A DNA stretch of 64,000 bases from Nemertoderma westbladi. Taxonomy: Eukaryota; Animalia; Xenacoelomorpha. Numbering within the stretch: the first letter of the stretch is position 1; each line of letters starts with the position of its first letter. Made by a program: the position numbers and the translations under genes. The stretch covers positions 85,661 through 149,660 of the forward strand of contig JAUCBJ010006528.1 of NCBI GenBank assembly GCA_032718475.1, in the 5' to 3' direction. A model generated the notes under the pieces. It was not told the DNA's origin. It was given only the letters and a program-made list of their open reading frames with translations, and did not search any database. Shown here one piece after another: positions 50,401 through 62,879 of this stretch.

Positions 50401-53400
50401 GTTCATTAGAACAGGCTGCTTCTAGAGTTGTACTAGCGGTGAGCAGGGAGCCAAACGGCCCCTCAGCTCATTAGAACAGGCTGCTTCTAGAGTTGTACTA
50501 GCGGTGAGCCCAACGGCCCCTCAGTTCATTAGAACAGGCTGCTTCTAGAGTTGTACTAGCAGGGAACGGGGAGCCCAACGGCCCCTCAGTTCATTAGAAC
50601 AGGCTGCTTCTAGAGTTGTACTAGCGGGGAGCCCAACGGCCCCTCAGTTCATTAGAACAGGCTGCTTCTAGAGTTGTACTAGCGGTGAGCGGGGAGCCCA
50701 ACGGCCCCTCAGTTCATTAGAACAGGCTGCTTCTAGAGTTGTACTAGCGGGGAGCGGGGAGCCCAATGGCACCTCAGTTCATTAGAACAGGCTGCTTCTA
50801 GAGTTGTACTAGCAGTGAGCGGGGAGCCCAACGGCCCCCCAGTTCATTAGAACAGGCTGCTTCTAGAGTTGTACTAGCGGTGAGCGGGGAGCCCAACGGC
50901 CCCTCAGTTCATTAGAACAGGCTGCTTCTAGAGTTGTACTAGCGGTGAGCCCAACGGTCCCTCAGTTCATTAGAACAGGCTGCTTCTAGAGTTGTACTAG
51001 CTGGGAGCCCAACGGCCCCTCAGTTCATTAGAACAGGCTGCTTCTAGAGTTGTACTAGCGGGGAGCCCAACGGCCCCTCCTCAGTTCATTTGAACAGGCT
51101 GCTTCTAGAGTTGTACTAGCAGTGAGCCCAACAGCCCCTCAGTTCATTAGAACAGGCTGCTTCTAGAGTTGTACTAGTGGGGAGCCCAACGGCCCCTCAG
51201 TTCATTAGAACAGGCTGCTTCTAGAGTTGTACTAGCGGGGAGTCCAACGGCCCCTCAGTTCATTAGAACAGGCTGCTTCTAGAGTTGTACTAGCGGGGAG
51301 CCCAACAGCCCCTCAGTTCATTAGAACAGGCTGCTTCTAGAGTTGTACTAGCGGTGAGCGGGGAGCCCAACAGCCCCTCAGTTCATTAGAACAGGCTGCT
51401 TCTAGAGTTGTACTAGCGGGGAGCGGGGAGCCAAACGCCCCCTCAGTACATTAGAATAGGCTGCTTCTAGAGTTGTACTAGCGGGGAGCCCAATGGCCCT
51501 TCAGTTCATTAGAACAGGCTACTTCTAGAGTTGTTCTACCGGGGAGCCCAACGGCCCCTCAGTTCATTAGAACAGGCTGCTTCTAGAGTTGTACTAGCGG
51601 GGAGCCCAATGGCCCCTCCTCAGTTCATTAGAACAGGCTGCTTCTAGAGTTGTACTAGCGGTGATCGGGTAGCCCAACGGCCCCTCAGTTCATTAGAACA
51701 GGCTGCTTCTAGAGTTGTACTAGCGGTGAGCGGGGAGCCAAACGGCCCCTCAGTTCATTAGAACAGGCTGCTTCTAGAGTTGTACTAGCGGTGAGCCCAA
51801 CGGCCCCTCAGTTCATTAGAACAGGCTGCTTCTAGAGTTGTACTAGCAGGGAGCGGGGAGCCCAACGGCCCCTCAGTTCATTAGAACAGGCTGCTTCTAG
51901 AGTTGTACTAGCGGTGAGCCCAACGGCCCCTCAGGTCATTAGAACAGGCTGCTTCTAGAGTTGTTCTAGCGGGGAGCCCAACGGCCCCTCAGTTCATTAG
52001 AACAGGCTGCTTCTAGAGTTGTACTAGCGGGGAGCCCAATGGCCCCTCCTCAGTTCATTAGAACAGGCTGCTTCTAGAGTTGTACTAGCGGTGATCGGGG
52101 AGCCAAACGGCCCCTCAGTTCATTAGAACAGGCTGCTTCTAGAGTTGTACTAGCGGTGAGCAGGGAGCCAAACGGCCCCTCAGCTCATTAGAACAGGCTG
52201 CTTCTAGAGTTGTACTAGCGGTGAGCCCAACGGCCCCTCAGTTCATTAGAACAGGCTGCTTCTAGAGTTGTACTAGCAGGGAACGGGGAGCCCAACGGCC
52301 CCTCAGTTCATTAGAACAGGCTGCTTCTAGAGTTGTACTAGCGGGGAGCCCAACGGCCCCTCAGTTCATTAGAACAGGCTGCTTCTAGAGTTGTACTAGC
52401 GGTGAGCGGGGAGCCCAACGGCCCCTCAGTTCATTAGAACAGGCTGCTTCTAGAGTTGTACTAGCGGGGAGCGGGGAGCCCAATGGCACCTCAGTTCATT
52501 AGAACAGGCTGCTTCTAGAGTTGTACTAGCAGTGAGCGGGGAGCCCAACGGCCCCCCAGTTCATTAGAACAGGCTGCTTCTAGAGTTGTACTAGCGGTGA
52601 GCGGGGAGCCCAACGGCCCCTCAGTTCATTAGAACAGGCTGCTTCTAGAGTTGTACTAGCGGTGAGCCCAACGGTCCCTCAGTTCATTAGAACAGGCTGC
52701 TTCTAGAGTTGTACTAGCTGGGAGCCCAACGGCCCCTCAGTTCATTAGAACAGGCTGCTTCTAGAGTTGTACTAGCGGGGAGCCCAACGGCCCCTCCTCA
52801 GTTCATTTGAACAGGCTGCTTCTAGAGTTGTACTAGCAGTGAGCCCAACAGCCCCTCAGTTCATTAGAACAGGCTGCTTCTAGAGTTGTACTAGTGGGGA
52901 GCCCAACGGCCCCTCAGTTCATTAGAACAGGCTGCTTCTAGAGTTGTACTAGCGGGGAGTCCAACGGCCCCTCAGTTCATTAGAACAGGCTGCTTCTAGA
53001 GTTGTACTAGCGGGAAGCCCAACAGCCCCTCAGTTCATTAGAACAGGCTGCTTCTAGAGTTGTACTAGCGGTGAGCGGGGAGCCCAACAGCCCCTCAGTT
53101 CATTAGAACAGGCTGCTTCTAGAGTTGTACTAGCGGGGAGCGGGGAGCCAAACGCCCCCTCAGTACATTAGAATAGGCTGCTTCTAGAGTTGTACTAGCG
53201 GGGAGCCCAATGGCCCTTCAGTTCATTAGAACAGGCTACTTCTAGAGTTGTTCTACCGGGGAGCCCAACGGCCCCTCAGTTCATTAGAACAGGCTGCTTC
53301 TAGAGTTGTACTAGCGGGGAGCCCAATGGCCCCTCCTCAGTTCATTAGAACAGGCTGCTTCTAGAGTTGTACTAGCGGTGATCGGGTAGCCCAACGGCCC

Positions 53401-56400
53401 CTCAGTTCATTAGAACAGGCTGCTTCTAGAGTTGTACTAGCGGTGAGCGGGGAGCCAAACGGCCCCTCAGTTCATTAGAACAGGCTGCTTCTAGAGTTGT
53501 ACTAGCGGTGAGCCCAACGGCCCCTCAGTTCATTAGAACAGGCTGCTTCTAGAGTTGTACTAGCAGGGAGCGGGGAGCCCAACGGCCCCTCAGTTCATTA
53601 GAACAGGCTGCTTCTAGAGTTGTACTAGCGGGGAGCCCAACGGCCCCTCAGTTCATTAGAACAGGCTGCTTCTAGAGTTGTACTAGCGGTGAGCGGGGAG
53701 CCCAACGGCCCCTCAGTTTATTAGAACAGGCTGCTTCTAGAGTTGTACTAGCGGGGAGCGGGGAGCCCAATGGCCCCTCAGTTCATTAGAACAGGCTGCT
53801 TCTAGAGTTGTACTAGTGGTGAGCGGGGAGCCCAACGGCCCCCCAGTTCATTAGAACAGGCTGCTTCTAGAGTTCTACTAGCGGTGAGCGGGGAGCCCAA
53901 CGGCCCCTCAGTTCATTAGAACAGGCTGCTTCTAGAGTTGTACTAGCGGTGAGCCCAACGGTCCCTCAGTTCATTAGAACAGGCTGCTTCTAGAGTTGTA
54001 CTAGCTGGGAGCCCAACGGCCCCTCAGTTCATTAGAACAGGCTGCTTCTAGAGTTGTACTAGTGGGGAGCCCAACGGCCCCTCCTCAGTTCATTTGAACA
54101 GGCTGCTTCTAGAGTTGTACTAGCAGTGAGCCCAACGGCCCCTCAGTTCATTAGAACAGGCTGCTTCTAGAGTTGTACTAGTGGGGAGCCCAATAGCCCC
54201 TCAGTTCATTAGAACAGGCTGCTTCTAGAGTTGTACTAGCGGGGAGCCCAACGGCCCCTCAGTTCATTAGAACAGGCTGCTTCTAGAGTTGTACTAGCGG
54301 GGAGCCCAACAGCCCCTCAGTTCATTAGAACAGGCTGCTTCTAGAGTTGTACTATCAGTGAGCGGGGAGCCCAACGGCCCCTCAGTTCATTAGAACAGGC
54401 TGCTTCTAGAGTTGTAATAGCGGGGAGCGGGGAGCCAAACGCCCCCTCAGTACATTAGAACAGGCTGCTTCTAGAGTTGTACTAGCGGGGAGCCCAATGG
54501 CCCTTCAGTTCATTAGAACAGGCTGCTTCTAGAGTTGTTCTACCGGGGAGCCCAACGGCCCCTCAGTTCATTAGAACAGGCTGCTTCTAGAGTTGTACTA
54601 GCGGTGAGCGGGGAGCCCAATGGCCCCTCAGTTCATTAGAACAGGCTGCTTCTAGAGTTGTACTAGCGGTGAGCCCAACGGCCCCTCAGTTCATTAGAAC
54701 AGGCTGCTTCTAGAGTTGTAGTAGCGGGGAGCCCAACGGCCCCTCAGTTCATTAGAACAGACTGCTTCTAGAGTTGTACTAGCGGTGAGCCCAACGGCCC
54801 CTCAGTTCATTAGAACAGGCTGCTTCTAGAGTTGTACTAGCGGGGAGCGGGGAGCCAAACGCCCCCTCAGTACATTAGAATAGGCTGCTTCTAGAGTTGT
54901 ACTAGCGGGGAGCCCAATGGCCCTTCAGTTCATTAGAACAGGCTACTTCTAGAGTTGTTCTACCGGGGAGCCCAACGGCCCCTCAGTTCATTAGAACAGG
55001 CTGCTTCTAGAGTTGTACTAGCGGGGAGCCCAATGGCCCCTCCTCAGTTCATTAGAACAGGCTGCTTCTAGAGTTGTACTAGCGGTGATCGGGTAGCCCA
55101 ACGGCCCCTCAGTTCATTAGAACAGGCTGCTTCTAGAGTTGTACTAGCGGTGAGCGGGGAGCCAAACGGCCCCTCAGTTCATTAGAACAGGCTGCTTCTA
55201 GAGTTGTACTAGCGGTGAGCCCAACGGCCCCACAGTTCATTAGAACAGGCTGCTTCTAGAGTTGTACTAGCAGGGAGCGGGGAGCCCAACGGCCCCTCAG
55301 TTCATTAGAACAGGCTGCTTCTAGAGTTGTACTAGCGGGGAGCCCAACGGCCCCTCAGTTCATTAGAACAGGCTGCTTCTAGAGTTGTACTAGCGGTGAG
55401 CGGGGAGCCCAACGGCCCCTCAGTTTATTAGAACAGGCTGCTTCTAGAGTTGTACTAGCGGGGAGCGGGGAGCCCAATGGCCCCTCAGTTCATTAGAACA
55501 GGCTGCTTCTAGAGTTGTACTAGCGGTGAGCGGGGAGCCCAACGGCCCCCCAGTTCATTAGAACAGGCTGCTTCTAGAGTTCTACTAGCGGTGAGCGGGG
55601 AGCCCAACGGCCCCTCAGTTCATTAGAACAGGCTGCTTCTAGAGTTGTCCTAGCGGTGAGCCCAACGGTCCCTCAGTTCATTAGAACAGGCTGCTTCTAG
55701 AGTTGTACTAGCTGGGAGCCCAACGGCCCCTCAGTTCATTAGAACAGGCTGCTTCTAGAGTTGTACTAGCGGGGAGCCCAACGGCCCCTCCTCAGTTAAT
55801 TTGAACAGGCTGCTTCTAGAGTTGTACTAGCAGTGAGCCCAACGGCCCCTCAGTTCATTAGAACAGGCTGCTTCTAGAGTTGTACTAGTGGGGAGCCCAA
55901 CAGCCCCTCAGTTCATTAGAACAGGCTGCTTCTAGAGTTGTACTAGCGGGGAGCCCAACGGCCCCTCAGTTCATTAGAACAGGCTGCTTCTAGAGTTGTA
56001 CTAGCGGGGAGCCCAACAGCCCCTCAGTTCATTAGAACAGGCTGCTTCTAGAGTTGTACTATCAGTGAGCGGGGAGCCCAACGGCCCCTCAGTTCATTAG
56101 AACAGGCTGCTTCTAGAGTTGTACTAGCGGGGAGCGGGGAGCCAAACGCCCCCTCAGTACATTAGAACAGGCTGCTTCTAGAGTTGTACTAGCGGGGAGC
56201 CCAATGGCCCTTCAGTTCATTAGAACAGGCTGCTTCTAGAGTTGTTCTACCGGGGAGCCCAACGGCCCCTCAGTTCATTAGAACAGGCTGCTTCTAGAGT
56301 TGTACTAGCGGTGAGCGGGGAGCCCAATGGCCCCTCAGTTCATTAGAACAGGCTGCTTCTAGAGTTGTACTAGCGGTGAGCCCAACGGCCCCTCAGTTCA

Positions 56401-59400
56401 TTAGAACAGGCTGCTTCTAGAGTTGTACTAGCGGGGAGCCCAACGGCCCCCCAGTTCATTATAACAGGCTGCTTCTAGAGTTGTACTAGCGGTGAGCCCA
56501 ACGGCCCCTCAGTTCATTAGAACAGGCTGCTTCTAGAGTTGTACTAGCGGGGAGCCCAACGGCCCCTCAGTTCATTAGAACAGGCTGCTTCTAGAGTTGT
56601 ACTAGCGGGGAGCCCAATGGCCCCTCCTCAGTTCATTAGAACAGGCTGCTTCTAGAGTTGTACTAGCGGTGATCGGGGAGCCCAACGGCCCCTCAGTTCA
56701 TTAGAACAGGCTGCTTCTAGAGTTGTACTAGCGGTGAGCGGGGAGCCAAACGGCCCCTCAGTTCATTAGATCAGGCTGCTTCTAGAGTTGTACTAGCGGT
56801 GAGCCCAATGGCCCCTCAGATCATTAGAACATGCTGCTTCTAGAGTTGTACTAGCAGGGAGCGGGGAGCCCAACGGCCCCTAAGTTCATTAGAACAGGCT
56901 GCTTCTAGAGTTGTACTAGCGGGGAGCTCAGCGGCCCCTCAGTTCATTAGAACAGGCTGCTTCTAGAGTTGTACTAGCGGGGAGCAGGGAGCCCAATGGC
57001 CCCTCAGTTCATTAGAACAGGCTGCTTCTAGAGTTGTACTAGCGGTGAGCTGGAGCCCAACGGCCCCCCAGTTCATTAGAACAGGCTGCTTCTAGAGTTG
57101 TACTAGCGGTGAGCGGGGAGCCCAACGGCCCCTCAGATCATTAGAACAGGCTGCTTCTAGAGTTGTACTAGCGGTGAGCCCAACGGTCCCTCAGTTCATT
57201 AGAACAGGCTGCTTCTAGAGTTGTACTAGCGGGGAGCCCAACGGCCCCTCAGTTCATTAGAACAGGCTGCTTCTAGAGTTGTACTAGTGGGGAGCCCAAC
57301 GGCCCCTCAGTTCATTAGAACAGGCTGCTTCTAGAGTTGTACTAGCGGTGAGCGGGGAGCCCAACGGCCCCTCAGTTCATTAGAACAGGCTGCTTCTAGA
57401 GTTGTACTAGCGGGGAGCGGGGAGCCAAACGGCCCCTCAGTTCATTAGAACAGGCTGCTTCTAGAGTTGTACTAGCGGGGAGCCCAACGGCCCCTCAGTT
57501 CATTAGAACAGGCTGCTTCTAGAGTTGTACTAGCGGGGAGCCCAACGGCCCCTCAGTTCATTAGAATAGGCTGCTTCTAGAGTTGTACTAGCGGGGAGCC
57601 TAACGGCCCCTCAGTTCATTAGAACAGACTGCTTCTAGAGTTGTACTAGCGGTGAGCGGGGAGCCCAACGGCCCCTCAGTTCATTAGAACAGGCTGCTTC
57701 TAGAGTTGTACTAGCGGTGAGCCCAACGGCCCCTCAGTTCATTAGAACAGGCTGCTTCTAGAGTTGTACTAGCGGGGAGCCCAATGGCCCCTCAGTTCAT
57801 TAGAACAGGCTGCTTCTAGAGTTGTACTAGCGGGGAGCCCAACGGCCCCTCCTCAGTTCATTAGAACAGGCTGCTTCTAGAGTTGTACTAGCGGTGATCG
57901 GGGAGCCCAACGGCCCCTCAGTTCATTAGAACAGGCTGCTTCTAGAGTTGTACTAGCGGTGATCGGGGAGCCCAACGGCCCCTCAGTTCTTTAGAACAGG
58001 CTGCTTCTAGAGTTGTACTAGCGGGGAGCCCAACGGCCCCTCAGTTCATTAGAACAGGCTGCTTCTAGAGTTGTACTAGCGGGGAGCCCAACGGCCCCTC
58101 AGTTCATTAGAACAGGCTGCTTCTAGAGTTGTACTAGCGGTGAGCAGGGAGCACAACGGCCCCTCAGTTCATTAGAACAGGCTGCTTCTAGAGTAGTACT
58201 AGCGGTGAGCGGGGAGCCCAACGGCCGCTCAGTTCATTAGAACAGGCTGCTTCTAGAGTTGTACTAGCGGTGAGCCCAACGGCCCCTCAGTTCATTAGAA
58301 CAGGCTGCTTCTAGAGTTGTACTAGCGGGGAGCCCAACGGCCCCTCAGTTCATTAGAACAGGTTGCTTCTAGAGTTGTACTAGCAGTGAGCACAACGGCC
58401 CCTCAGTTCATTAGAACAGACTGCTTCTAGAGTTGTACTAGCGGTGAGCACAACGGCCCCTCAGTTCATTAGAACAGGCTGCTTCTAGAGTTGTACTAGC
58501 GGGGAGCCCAACGGCCCCTCAGTTCATTAGAACAGGCTGCTTCTAGAGTTGTACTAGCAGGGAGCGGGGAGCCCAACGGCCCCTCAGTTCATTAGAACAG
58601 GCTGCTTCTAGAGTTGTACTAGCGAGGAGCCCAACGGCCCCCCAGTTCATTAGAACAGGCTGCTTCTAGAGTTGTACTAGCGGTGAGCCCAACGGCCCCT
58701 CAGTTCATAAGAACAGGCTGCTTCTTGAGTTACTAGCGGGGAGCCCAACGGCCCCTCAGTTCATTAGAACAGGCTGCTTCTGGAGTTTTACTAGCGGTGA
58801 GCGGTGATTCCAACGGCCCCTCAGTTTATTAGAACAGGCTGCTTCTAGAGTTGTACTAGCAGTGAGCGGGGAGCCCAACGGCCGCTCAGTTCATTAGAAC
58901 AGGCTGATTCTAGAGTTGTACTAGTGGTGAGCGGGGAGCCCAACGGCCGCTCAGTTCATTAGAACAGGCTGCTTCTAGAGTTGTACTAGCGGTGAGCCCA
59001 ACGGCCCCTCAGTTCATTAGAACAGGCTGCTTCTAGAGTTGTACTAGCGGGGAGCCCAACGGCCCCTCAGTTCATTAGAACAGGTTGCTTCTAGAGTTAT
59101 ACTAGCGGTGAGCCCAACGGCCCCTCAGTTCATTAGAACAGGCTGCTTCTAGAGTTGTACTAGCGGGGAGCCCAACGGCCCCTCCTCAGTTCATTAGAAC
59201 AGGCTGCTTCTAGAGTTGTACTAGCGGTGATCGGGGAGCCCAACGGCCCCTCAGTTCATTAGAACAGGCTGCTTCTAGAGTTGTACTAGCGAGGAGCCCA
59301 ACGGCCCCGCAGTTCATTAGAACAGGCTGCTTCTAGAGTTGTACTAGCGGGGAGCCCAACGGCCCCTCCTCAGTTCATTAGAACAGGCTGCTTCTAGAGT

Positions 59401-61828
59401 TGTACTAGCGGTGATCGGGGAGCCCAACGGCCCCTCAGTTCATTAGAACAGGCTGCTTCTAGAGTTGTACTAGCGGTGAGTGGGGAGCCAAACGGCCCCT
59501 CAGTTCATTAGAACAGGCTGCTTCTAGAGTTGTACTAACGCTATAGCGGTGAGCCCAACGGCCCCTCAGTTCATTAGAACAGGCTGCTTCTAGAGTTGTA
59601 CTAGCGGTGATCCCAACGGCCCCTCAGTTCATTAGAACAGGCTGCTTCTAGAGTTGCACTAGCAGGGAAGGGGGAGCCCAACGGCCCCTCAGTTCATTAG
59701 AACAGGCTGCTTCTAGAGGTGTACTAGCGGGGAGCCCAACGGCCCCTCAGTTCATTAGAACAGGCTGCTTCTAGAGTTTTACTAGCGGTGAGCGGGGAGC
59801 CCAACGGCCCCTCAGTTCATTAGAACAGGCTGCTTCTAGAGTTGTACTAGCGGGGAGCGGGGAGCCCAATGGCCCCTCAGTTCATTAGAACAGGCTGCTT
59901 CTAGAGTTGTACTAGCGGTGAGCGGGGAGCCCAATGGCCCCCCAGTTCATTAGAACAGGCTGCTTCTAGAGTTGTACTAGCGGTGAGCGGGGAGCCCAAT
60001 GGCCCCTCAGTTCATTAGAACAGGCTGCTTCTAGAGTTGTACTAGCGGTGAGCCCAACGGTCCCTCAGTTCATTAGAACAGGCTGTTTCTAGAGTTGTAC
60101 TAGCGGGGAGCCCAACGGCCCCTCAGTTCATTAGAACAGGCTGCTTCTAGAGTTGTACTAGCGGTGAGCGGGGAGCCCAACGGCCCCTCAGTTCATTAGA
60201 ACAGACTGCTTCTAGAGTTGTACTAGCGGGGAGCGGGGAGCCAAACGGCCCCTCAGTTCATTAGAACAGGCTGCTTCTAGAGTTGTACTAGCGGGGAGCC
60301 CACCGGCCCCTCTGTTCATTAGAACAGGCTGCTTCTAGAGTTGTACTAGCGGGGAGCCCAACGGCCCCTCAGTTCATTAGAACAGGCTGCTTCTAGAGTT
60401 GTACTAGCGGTGAGCGGGGAGCCCAACGGCCCCTCAGTTCATTAGAACAGACTGCTTCTAGAGTTGTACTAGCGGGGAGCGGGGAGCCAAACGGCCCCTC
60501 AGTTCATTAGAACAGGCTGCTTCTAGAGTTGTACTAGCGGGGAGCCCACCGGCCCCTCAGTTCATTAGAACAGGCTGCTTCTAGAGTTGTACTAGCGGGG
60601 AGCCCAACAGCCCCTCAGTTCATTAGAACAGGCTGCTTCTAGAGTTGTACTAGCGGTGAGCGGGGAGCCCAACGGCCCCTCAGTTCATTAGAACAGGCTG
60701 CTTCTAGAGTTGTACTAGCGAGGAGCCCAACGGCCCCCCAGTTCATTAGAACAGGCTGCTTCTAGAGTTGTACTAGCGGGGAGCCCAACAGCCCCTCAGT
60801 TCATTAGAACAGGCTGCTTCTAGAGTTGTACTAGCGGTGAGCGGGGAGCCCAACGGCCCCTCAGTTCATTAGAACAGGCTGCTTCTAGAGTTGTACTAGC
60901 GGTGAGCGGGGAGCCCAATGGCCCCTCAGTTCATTAGAACAGGCTGCTTCTAGAGTTGTACTAGCGGTGAGCCCAACGGTCCCTCAGTTCATTAGAACAG
61001 GCTGTTTCTAGAGTTGTACTAGCGGGGAGCCCAACGGCCCCTCAGTTCATTAGAACATGCTGCTTCTAGAGTTGTACTAGCGGTGAGCGGGGAGCCCAAC
61101 GGCCCCTCAGTTCATTAGAACAGACTGCTTCTAGAGTTGTACTAGCGGGGAGCGGGGAGCCAAACGGCCCCTCAGTTCATTAGAACAGGCTGCTTCTAGA
61201 GTTGTACTAGCGGGGAGCCCACCGGCCCCTCTGTTCATTAGAACAGGCTGCTTCTAGAGTTGTACTAGCGGGGAGCCCAACGGCCCCTCAGTTCATTAGA
61301 ACAGGCTGCTTCTAGAGTTGTACTAGCGGTGAGCGGGGAGCCCAACGGCCCCTCAGTTCATTAGAACAGACTGCTTCTAGAGTTGTACTAGCGGGGAGCG
61401 GGGAGCCAAACGGCCCCTCAGTTCATTAGAACAGGCTGCTTCTAGAGTTGTACTAGCGGGGAGCCCACCGGCCCCTCAGTTCATTAGAACAGGCTGCTTC
61501 TAGAGTTGTACTAGCGGGGAGCCCAACAGCCCCTCAGTTCATTAGAACAGGCTGCTTCTAGAGTTGTACTAGCGGTGAGCGGGGAGCCCAACGGCCCCTC
61601 AGTTCATTAGAACAGGCTGCTTCTAGAGTTGTACTAGCGAGGAGCCCAACGGCCCCCCAGTTCATTAGAACAGGCTGCTTCTAGAGTTGTACTAGCGGGG
61701 AGCCCAACAGCCCCTCAGTTCATTAGAACAGGCTGCTTCTAGAGTTGTACTAGCGGTGAGCGGGGAGCCCAACGGCCCCTCAGTTCATTAGAACAGGCTG
61801 CTTCTAGAGTTGTACTAGCGGTGAGCGG
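5442..61828 (+). repeat. Satellite DNA array of ~56.4 kb with 58/65-bp monomers (roughly 900 copies) and higher-order structure
   Basis: Core gagcccaacggcccctcagttcattagaacaggctgcttctagagttgtactagcgg(g/t) is 58 bp (e.g. starts at 5443 and 5501). The 65-bp form adds gagcggg and the 61-bp form has cccctcctcag. All monomers are head-to-tail in one orientation, typically with one XbaI site (tctaga) each. Confidence 0.99.
38510..38670 (+). mobile_element. 5'-truncated RTE-like LINE insertion (161 bp) with a 7-bp TSD
   Basis: Flanked by gagcagg (38503-38509 and 38671-38677) and ends in a (TAG)n tail. The + frame 38510-38632 reads TFLRRILKDTGLKDADDLANVMGNRELWRCNFVDKPAQHS*, resembling the RTE-group ORF C-terminus (T[YF]xxxLxxDTGL...LxxxMxxRxxWR). 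Empty paralogous site at ~41393. Confidence 0.85.
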
Positions 61829-62879
61829 CCTGTTCTCCCTTCATGTCGTTGCGTTACGGCGCTAATCAAAAAGTGACCAAAAAAAATTAATTCCAAGTAG
61901 AAATCTTCATTTTCGCAATAAAATACTAACCAAATACTGTATCATTTTTAAAAAAAACATACCAGACATTATTTAGGAAATCAAATACTATCCATAAAAA
62001 TAAAACACGGTAGGCTGCTCTAAGCATCTATATAAACACTGTTAGATTTGATAAGCGCCCAGCCTCACCCACTGCAGATCAAAAATAAATATTATAGAAT
62101 CTTGAGTTCATACCAACATCCCTTCTACCCGGCCACACGATTCTGTTTTCCCATCCCCTCCCCCCCCCCTCCCCAAATCCCCAATCTGAAACCTCAATCC
62201 CCACCCTCAGCAGCTGGAGTCGGACTACACTAGCCTTGCCGCCTTGCGGGCCGGTTGATATTTTTCGCTATGGAGAGCATTATCATATTGTCCTATTTAC
62301 ATTGTATATTTAATACACCGCGTCTCTCACCCCACAACAATTCACTTATTATTATAGCCTTGCTATTGTCCGATTACCACCTGCAACTTACGTAACATTG
62401 GCAAACTTAATTCAGTAATACAATCAAAACTATTCCAATTACTTCGAGTATATTTAAGTACCATTATGTTACATAATATCATATTATGTGTTTAATAATA
62501 ATAATGTAATATAAATAATTATGTTTAAATTCTACTACTGTATATTTGATTTAAAGATTAAATATATACAAATGTTAAAAGGTAAATATTAAATGGAAAA
62601 TTTGCAGAGTAGGATAAATCCACACATGACCAAGACGACAGGTTACTGGGTGACTCCAGACACCATTATTATGGTGCTCATTATTAACAATTATGTGAAT
62701 TAACAACCTAGGCCTATTGTTCAGTACAATACGTAACACATGAGTTATAATTTGAGTAGAATAGTGTAACAGGTAATGAATCAGTACGGATTAGAGTAGA
62801 ATAATTAAAATGATTATTTATACAAAAATTGTAGTTCGGATCATCTTATTTAAAATCATCATCAACAAGTAGCGACCAG

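Noticed and set aside
5442-61828. CRISPR array
   Set aside because: There are no unique spacers and no cas genes; the variable part is only a 7-bp module plus point variants, and the context is eukaryotic.
5442-61828. Hammerhead ribozyme in the satellite minus strand (CUAAUGA; CUGAGGA plus a GC stem in the 61-bp variant)
   Set aside because: No GAAA follows the candidate stem II, and stems I and III cannot be formed around a cleavage triplet.
5442-61828. Repeat-encoded protein
   Set aside because: Periods of 58, 61 and 65 are not multiples of 3, TAG stops recur on both strands, and the ORF track shows no long ORF.
5442-61828. Calling the array centromeric
   Set aside because: Nothing in the sequence demonstrates this; the array is only 56 kb and adjacent to a gene, and CENP-A data would be needed.
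62048-62260. 61-aa Pro-rich ORF or a possible small minus-strand repeat element
   Set aside because: The prolines come from a C-rich tract; the GC-rich ends hint at a repeat, but no termini or TSD could be defined.
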